DNA of 64,000 nucleotides from a virus (Duplodnaviria; Caudoviricetes): IMG/VR virus record IMGVR_UViG_2531839366_000001, positions 15,127 to 79,126 of that record; one strand, 5' to 3'. Shown piece by piece: positions 57,642 to 64,000 of this stretch (position 1 is its first letter; each line of letters starts with the position of its first letter). The notes under the pieces were generated by a model. It saw only the letters and a program-made list of their open reading frames with translations, ran no database searches and was not told where the DNA came from. The position numbers and the translations under genes were made by a program.

Positions 57642-58479
57642 GTTGCGATAGGTAAGACTTTGAAGTTATCTCCATCTTTTCCCCCGCTTAACACTGTACA
57701 TGCGACTTTCATCGCATACAGCGCCCCATCTTATTCTGCTATACTAAAGCAACTAGATTACAAACAATGTTGTATTCACCAACGTATTAATTCCCCTTTC
57801 TTACGAAAAGTCCCATCATCTTACTCGATCCTGTGAGTTACATCTAGTTAATTTAGTTTTCAAAGAACAAGACTAGGGACTATCCCTCCACATTCGTTAC
57901 ATGTTTCGTCGGTACTGTGTCCCCACCTTCACAAGAATGAAGCAATTTCGGTTCGTTAGAACCTTATATACATCTGTCCGCTAGTAGGCGTTGGTGACAG
58001 TTTCTTGCTTACCACGTTCCGATTGACCTAGCTATACATATATCCTTAGGTGCTTGCTGTAAGCCTGTTATCTTTACATCATCATCGTTAGATGTTCCGA
58101 ATTTCATATCCTTTAATCTTACTTTTCGGTAGATAGCATCGTCATTGACGACATACATATTTCTTATGTATTAATAATTTAGACCCGTATATTCGCAAGT
58201 TCGCCAGTCCGTTATTTTAGACATTCTCACCATAGATGTTTTGTAGCATCCCGACCTATCCATTACCATATGATTTCTCACTTAGGTTTTGTTCAGCCGA
58301 CTTCACCTAGCTTCATACAATTTGTGACTACTATCACGCCTTGCATGTAGGAGTATTAGATAATTAGTTTCAGCTCAACCTGACGGCTTTCATTCCTACT
58401 TTCAGTCAATTAGTTGTTGTTATCAAATTGATGACCCTCCCATTTCGTGTTTACACACTTATAAGGAAACGTGTCGCGC
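57642..58479 (-). mobile_element. ORF-less group II intron (class B-like), ~840 nt core
   Basis: 5' GCGCGACACGTTTCC; domain V GCGCTGTATGCGATGAAAGTCGCATGTACAGTGT; domain VI ...CTTACCTATCGCAAC; domain IV keeps only an RBS and a short ORF stub. Confidence 0.88.
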
Positions 58480-58583
58480 AAAGGATTATTTTGTTTAAAT
58501 TTTGCTTAATTCTCACCAATAATTATCTAAAAATTTTAAAATCGTTATATGATGAATTTAATTTTAAATTAGGAGTGATTAAA

Positions 58584-58748
58584 ATGCCGGATACAATACG
58601 ACTCGTTCTTTTCATCCTTATAGCAATTAGTGCTGTTTTCTCTTTAATAAAAGAGTTTAAAAAACCTGAGAAAAAAGCACTTTGGATTTCAATAGAACTT
58701 TTAGTTCTTTTCTGGGCGATATGGGTTATAGCAAATATCATAATCTAA
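58584..58748 (+). CDS. 54-aa two-TM membrane protein (moron)
   Basis: MPDTIRLVLF... after RBS AGGAGTG. Confidence 0.6.
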   Translation: MPDTIRLVLFILIAISAVFSLIKEFKKPEKKALWISIELLVLFWAIWVIANIII

Positions 58749-59033
58749 TTTGTAGATTATGAGTCCCTTTGAATAAAACTCAATATTCCGTCAATACTGT
58801 ATATGACATTAGATTTTCTCCTTGTTCCCCCTTGGAGAACCGAGCAGTTAGCTTTTGCTAGCTGCTCTTATTTTCTGCAATTGGTTACATTTCCCTGATG
58901 TTTTTAACATAATATTACGTTACAATATAAAAGAATAAAATATATTGAGCTGTTATACCATTACCCTAGGAAACTAGGGTTTTTATTTCTACCAAATGAA
59001 ATTTTTATACTAATTACTTTCATCTCTCATAAT

Positions 59034-59264
59034 TCAATTCAACTTCATAAGTACGTGGTCCAGGATACCTATTTGATTATTAACACCATCGCGATATTCC
59101 TCACTATGGATTCTCGAAAAGCCATTTTGGATCCGTTTTAAACCTGATTTTCTACGTTCTAAATCAGTAATAAGCTGTTTAACTTCTTCAGATTTCAAAC
59201 TGCACATCCTTTTCCACCAAATAGCGTTTTTGTTTAATTCTACCACACCGAGACATATAGACAA
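59034..59264 (-). pseudogene. Remnant of a phage early gene
   Basis: Coiled-coil fragment EVKQLITDLERRK...; no good start. Confidence 0.35.
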
Positions 59265-59621
59265 CTATATATTTTGGTGTTAAAATGTTATTGTGATTCC
59301 CATATGGTTTCACACGCGACTTTTTCTCTGTTTATGGGGCTTTTACATAATTGTAAGAGCTATTTTTTTTATTCAAATTACGATTTTTTTCACTTTTCCG
59401 ATACATTTATGAAACATTCATGTGTTATCCTCAGTACGTTCTATTCTTTTTATAAAATCGTGTGAGATATATCAACACAAGAAGCCCTAAAGCCCTAACT
59501 CTAGGGCTTCTTCATTTAAAATAAGGATTTTGTTTGACTCTAGTTCTTACTTAAGACCGACTAGACACTAACTTTTTTATATAGTACAATTTCTTTCAGA
59601 AAAACGTTAGGAGATTTATTT

Positions 59622-59870
59622 ATGACTTTTGAAGATAATCGTAAATTAGGAATTCAACAAGGATGTATAGTAATTACAGATCAATCGCAATATCTTGTTG
59701 TTAAAAAGAATGAAAATTATTCTTTATTAAACATCGCAACTGCGGAATGCATAAACTTTGAAGTTTCACTTGAACATCTTGAAGAAATGGTCCAAGTAGA
59801 TTTAAAAGAAAAAATTCAAGATATCATTCCACCAGAGAATATTAAAATAGTAGCTCAAAACAGAATATAA
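59622..59870 (+). CDS. Hypothetical protein (moron)
   Basis: RBS AGGAG, upstream TTTATATAGTACAAT promoter-like site, downstream hairpin. Confidence 0.65.
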   Translation: MTFEDNRKLGIQQGCIVITDQSQYLVVKKNENYSLLNIATAECINFEVSLEHLEEMVQVDLKEKIQDIIPPENIKIVAQNRI

Positions 59871-60184
59871 AATGTATTTTCTAAGGGCACTTTCGATAGT
59901 GCTCTTTTTTCATGAACAGTTTCAAATAACTATTTTATTAACATTTTATTCCTTTGACTTTTCTACTATTATTTTTAGGGCGGTTAACACATCGTCTAAT
60001 GTTCTAGTATCACCTAGAACCTCTCTGTTTGTATTAATATGCCAGACTATATTTTCTAACTTCTTATTTAAATTCATATACTTTTCATCCTTCCATGCTA
60101 AAATAAACATTAGAATCCTATAATATCCAAAATAGGAGAATATTATTTTTTTATAAAACCATATGTAAAAGGAGACATTCATAA

Positions 60185-60914
60185 ATGAAAAACTGTTTTA
60201 TTGTTTGCCCAATTGGAAGTGAAGATTCACCTCAACGAAAACGATCTGATATTGTTTTAAAACACATTATTGACCCCGTTTGTGATGCCCTTGACTTTAA
60301 TGTTATACGAGTGGACAAGCTTCATGATATCGATAGAATTGATAATACTATTATCGAACATCTAAATGATGCAGATTTAGTCATCGCTGATATGACTGAG
60401 CATAATCCAAATGCCTTTTATGAAATGGGGTTTCGTCATGCTCTTGGGAAACCTTTAATTCCAATTATGGAAGAAGGAACAAAACTCCCATTCGATGTTG
60501 CTAATCTACGAACGATTACCTATGCTACAAACGATTACCTATGCTACAAACGATTTAGAAAAAGCTGATGCTGCTAAGCACCGTTTACGCGAAACAATCT
60601 TATCATTTGATATTCAAGAGAAAAAGGAAACCCATGAAAATGCACAGTCTCAACTTGAACATGGACAAATAAATGTTGTTCCATATTTACTTAATATTCA
60701 AGATAGCCTGGCGGAAATAAAATCTCTTGTTGCTGAACGAAATAATGAGGTAGCATCACAAGCAGTTGATTTAGCTATGCAACAAATACAAAAGAACGGC
60801 TTAAATCCCGAAACAAAAATGTTAGAAATATTTATGACTCAAGCGTTTAATGATCCCGAGAAATTAAAACAGTTAGCAACGTTAGCTCCATACTTTCAAA
60901 CTCAGCAGCCTTAA
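60185..60914 (+). pseudogene. Nucleoside 2-deoxyribosyltransferase/TIR-like protein frameshifted by a 19-bp duplication
   Basis: CFIVCPIG, DLVIADMTEHNPNAFYEMG; ACGATTACCTATGCTACAA at 60512-60530 and 60531-60549; removing one copy gives a 236-aa ORF. Confidence 0.85.
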
Positions 60915-61077
60915 ATAAACAACTTTACTATTCCAATCCGATCCACAGTAAAAACATTTGGATCGGATTTAATTTATCAATTAAAATAACGCTTTTGTTT
61001 AATTTATATTTTAAAAACTCATTTTCATAAGGACTGCCCTTATATGCTATACTCATTCTTAAATAATTTTATAAGGG

Positions 61078-61560
61078 ATGTTAAAAATGAATGATAGATC
61101 CTCAAGACAATGGAAAATGCAACAGAAGTTAAGGAAATTGAAAACAAAAAACAAAAATGATACAAACCCTTTGTTTACTGAATGTCTTGAATCTTTAGGA
61201 GACAAAACTCTAATTTTCTCTCAGGAGAAAAGCCGGCAGATTGCTAATAATTTAATTAATTTATTTCCTATAACCGTCTCTGGAAAAATAGATTGGGAAC
61301 AGATAGACAATCAATTAATAGCCTCAAACAAAGAACAACTAATTTCCCTTATTAGAGCAAATCAACTAGATTTTGATGAACAGATTTTTATATTATGGGA
61401 TAACTATGAAATCCCTGTAGTATGTACAAATCTTGATAAAGTATTCCAATCACTCGTTGACGTTGATGCAGTCAGTTTTTATTACTGGCTATTAGATAAG
61501 GAATATAGATTCGTAATTGAAATAAAAGATGAAGAAATGATTAGAGTTGGTTTTCGCTAA
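61078..61560 (+). CDS. CdiI-like orphan immunity protein
   Basis: FP...SGKIDW...IFILWDN...PVV...DVDAVSFYYWL pattern recalled from CDI immunity families. Confidence 0.6.
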   Translation: MLKMNDRSSRQWKMQQKLRKLKTKNKNDTNPLFTECLESLGDKTLIFSQEKSRQIANNLINLFPITVSGKIDWEQIDNQLIASNKEQLISLIRANQLDFDEQIFILWDNYEIPVVCTNLDKVFQSLVDVDAVSFYYWLLDKEYRFVIEIKDEEMIRVGFR

Positions 61561-61615
61561 TACTCTAATCATCTTTCCTCATTATTCTGTTGTTCTACAA
61601 AATTCAAATTTGGTC

Positions 61616-62071
61616 TTACTTAACTCTTGTAGATCCGAATCCATTTACTCCCCTTTGGCTTTCTGCTAACTCGTCCACCTCAACAAAATGAGCTGTTTCC
61701 ACTGGCGTTATGACGCCTTGCGCAATGCGTGTTCCCCGTTCAATCGCATACGCCTTAATATTCGCTCCTAATGGTCTTTCATTGTTATCAACTAACACAC
61801 CAATCTCACCACGGTAACCACTATCAACCGTTCCAAGAACCACACGTAACTTTGTATTACGCGTCATACCGCTACGGGGGTGCACTTGCAATTCATATCC
61901 TGGTGAAATCTCAAAAGCTAATCCCGTTGGTACAATCTTCGTTTCTCCTGGCCAGATGATTGTGTCCTCTGCTGTTACTAGATCAAAACCAGTATCACCA
62001 GGCTTCGCATACTTTGGAAGTTCCACCGATTCATTTAATCGCTTAATCTTCACTCGTAACTTCATGTTCAT
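61616..62071 (-). CDS. dut: Trimeric dUTPase
   Basis: GFDL, PRSG, GTVDSGYRGE, RIAQ, RGVNGFGST motifs. Confidence 0.95.
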   Translation of the reverse strand: MNMKLRVKIKRLNESVELPKYAKPGDTGFDLVTAEDTIIWPGETKIVPTGLAFEISPGYELQVHPRSGMTRNTKLRVVLGTVDSGYRGEIGVLVDNNERPLGANIKAYAIERGTRIAQGVITPVETAHFVEVDELAESQRGVNGFGSTRVK

Positions 62072-62314
62072 TCCGCCCCTTATAAATAACTCTTCAATTC
62101 CTGTTTCCGATTCTTCAACTCTTCCAAAGATTGCTTCGTCTTCCTCTTCTCGCTATCCAATCCGATCAAATGGTACTGTAGCTTATGAATCTCACTCTCT
62201 ACCGTTTTAATTTCGCTTTGCACCTGCACCGCGGTTTCTTTTCTCATTACTTACCTCCTTTAGTTCCTGCTAATAATTGCGTTACTTCATAAACACCGTT
62301 TTCCATTACTCGCA

Positions 62315-62446
62315 TTACTCTTCATTTCCTTTTATTAATTCGAATAACTCCTGCTCACTCATTTCATAAAGCTGACGCCCTGTATCTTCTTCCTTGTAAA
62401 TCCCTTTATGTAATAAGACGTCGATGAAAATTTGCTTCCTGTCCAT
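62315..62446 (-). CDS. Fur-regulated basic protein FbpA-like (43 aa)
   Basis: MDRKQIFIDVLLHKGIYK...RQLYEMSEQEL after RBS AGGAGG. Confidence 0.7.
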   Translation of the reverse strand: MDRKQIFIDVLLHKGIYKEEDTGRQLYEMSEQELFELIKGNEE

Positions 62447-62701
62447 GTTTCCTCCTAGCTTGTCTGTTTCACTCTTTTTCTTTGGTGACTTGGATACGTG
62501 TTTTCTAATATCTTTATAAAAAATAGCTTCAGTGTTTATGAAGTCTTTAAACAAACTAATCACTGAACCACTTCTTTCATTCTCGAATCGAGACCCGAAA
62601 GCAACTTAGTTTGTAGGAAAAAACTGCTATTTTTCATTTCCGGTCATGTCCCGATTCCAAAATAAAGAGCCGCTCAAACGAGCGACTCTAAACCTTTATT
62701 C

Positions 62702-63604
62702 TTATCTAACATCAAAATGTTCTTCTTTCACCCATGCGTTTGGTCCAATAGCAATATAACCATCTTTTCTTGCATAAATTTCATAAGCAACAGATCCATC
62801 CACATTACCAGTCCATTCACCATTTGGTCCATTATATGTGTTAATACCAGCACCTGCCGGATATTTTGAGTAAGCATTGAACCATTGTACATCAAAGTGT
62901 TCTTGTTTCGCCCATGCCTGCCAACCTAAGCACAGCCTATTTTCATTACCACCATACCAAGCAGCATCTATAATTAAATATGGAGTCTTGGTATCGATTA
63001 CTCGGCCGGTGGCATGAGCATCTTTATCACCACTAATATACAAATTGATACCAGCACCTTCTGGATATTTAGATGTAGCGATCCCAACACCTTTTGGCTG
63101 TACCGGTTTATTGTTATTGTTACCGCTGTTAAATGCGTTATTTACCTTCTCAATGAATTTGTCCAATCTTCCTTCGTCAAGCATGCGGTGTGGACAATGT
63201 TTTCCACTCCACGATTTATGAGTACGTACATTACCAATTGGGATGTTAAATTGTTTCATTAACTGAGCTATAACAATTGCTGCGTTATCTTCTGCTTTGT
63301 AATATCTATCCCCACCGCTTAAAGAGTAGCAAATTTCAACCCCGATAGATTTACGATTACCATTTCCGTTACCATCTCCAGCATGCCAAGCATTACGATC
63401 GAACGGAATACCTTGTACTGCTTCTTTATCGTCTACTGCAACATGGAACGAAACTGAATTATTATTTCCAATCATATAAGATATTTCGTTTTCAGCTGAT
63501 GCATCATTGTATGTATTATGCACTGTGATGAATTCCGGTGTCATTGCATTGGGACACTTTATACTATATTTACTTGAGTTAACTAATTTTTGTCTAATTT
63601 CCAT
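62702..63604 (-). CDS. N-acetylmuramoyl-L-alanine amidase (Amidase_2, PlyG/XlyA-like) with duplicated C-terminal cell-wall-binding modules
   Basis: ITVHNT, SFHVAVD, AWHAGDG, SIGVEIC, HKSWSGKHCP. Confidence 0.93.
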   Translation of the reverse strand: MEIRQKLVNSSKYSIKCPNAMTPEFITVHNTYNDASAENEISYMIGNNNSVSFHVAVDDKEAVQGIPFDRNAWHAGDGNGNGNRKSIGVEICYSLSGGDRYYKAEDNAAIVIAQLMKQFNIPIGNVRTHKSWSGKHCPHRMLDEGRLDKFIEKVNNAFNSGNNNNKPVQPKGVGIATSKYPEGAGINLYISGDKDAHATGRVIDTKTPYLIIDAAWYGGNENRLCLGWQAWAKQEHFDVQWFNAYSKYPAGAGINTYNGPNGEWTGNVDGSVAYEIYARKDGYIAIGPNAWVKEEHFDVR

Positions 63605-63900
63605 TACTGAACATCTCCTTTTTATTCTCTTGTTTTTTCATCTAGAATTTCTACTGTGTTACTATGTACACTTGATGGCTTCATGCATATACGAATAGCC
63701 TTTTCTATAGGTGATTCATTGTTATCACTTTCTTGCAAAATAAAAAGAGCAACTATGTATCAGTTGCTCTTCCGTTAATTTCTCTCTACACTCCGACCAC
63801 CGTTTTACAGGGATTAACCACACCACAAAAAAAAACATCATATGATGCTTCATATAATGCTTTTTGTTCATCTAATTTAATATTCATGGATTTCGAGATA

Positions 63901-64000
63901 CTACTTTACATTAAAATGTTCTTCTTTCACCCATGCGTTTGGTCCAATAGCAATATAACCATCTTTTCTTGCATAAATTTCATAAGCAACAGATCCATCC
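63901..64000 (-). CDS. 3' end of a second amidase-type gene (partial, runs off the window)
   Basis: 63913-64000 is identical to 62714-62801; ends EHFNVK*. Confidence 0.8.
   Translation of the reverse strand, partial: DGSVAYEIYARKDGYIAIGPNAWVKEEHFNVK

Noticed and set aside
57570-57836. 88-aa plus-strand ORF
   Set aside because: Antisense to intron domains IV-VI
1-64000. tRNA, rRNA, CRISPR-cas, integrase or phage repressor
   Set aside because: None recognised in this window; the lysogeny and replication modules may lie beyond the edges

Overview
AT-rich Bacillus cereus-group DNA, most consistent with a plasmid-like (extrachromosomal) siphovirus prophage. No integrase, repressor or Rep gene is in the window. 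From right to left, the minus strand carries the remnant early region (dUTPase, RecU, ArpU, many morons, an ORF-less group II intron), terminase/portal/PBSX-skin-like head genes, a sipho tail and a holin-amidase lysis cassette. Next come an SOS-regulated yolD gene split by a 7.4-kb transposase-less TGT...ACA element with a 5-bp target duplication and an FtsK/replication-relaxation module. These are followed by a type Ib parA locus with centromere repeats beside a Rep-less structured non-coding region. The left ~15 kb is accessory cargo: an OLD-type ATPase-TOPRIM, a tandem DGQHR (DndB-like) pair with divergent CoiA-like and ADP-ribosyltransferase-like genes, sporulation/spore-surface genes, a PlcR-boxed 26-aa peptide, an intact IS3-family element and Tn3/Tn4430-type inverted repeats. 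All family calls come from motif recognition by eye; no database searches were run.
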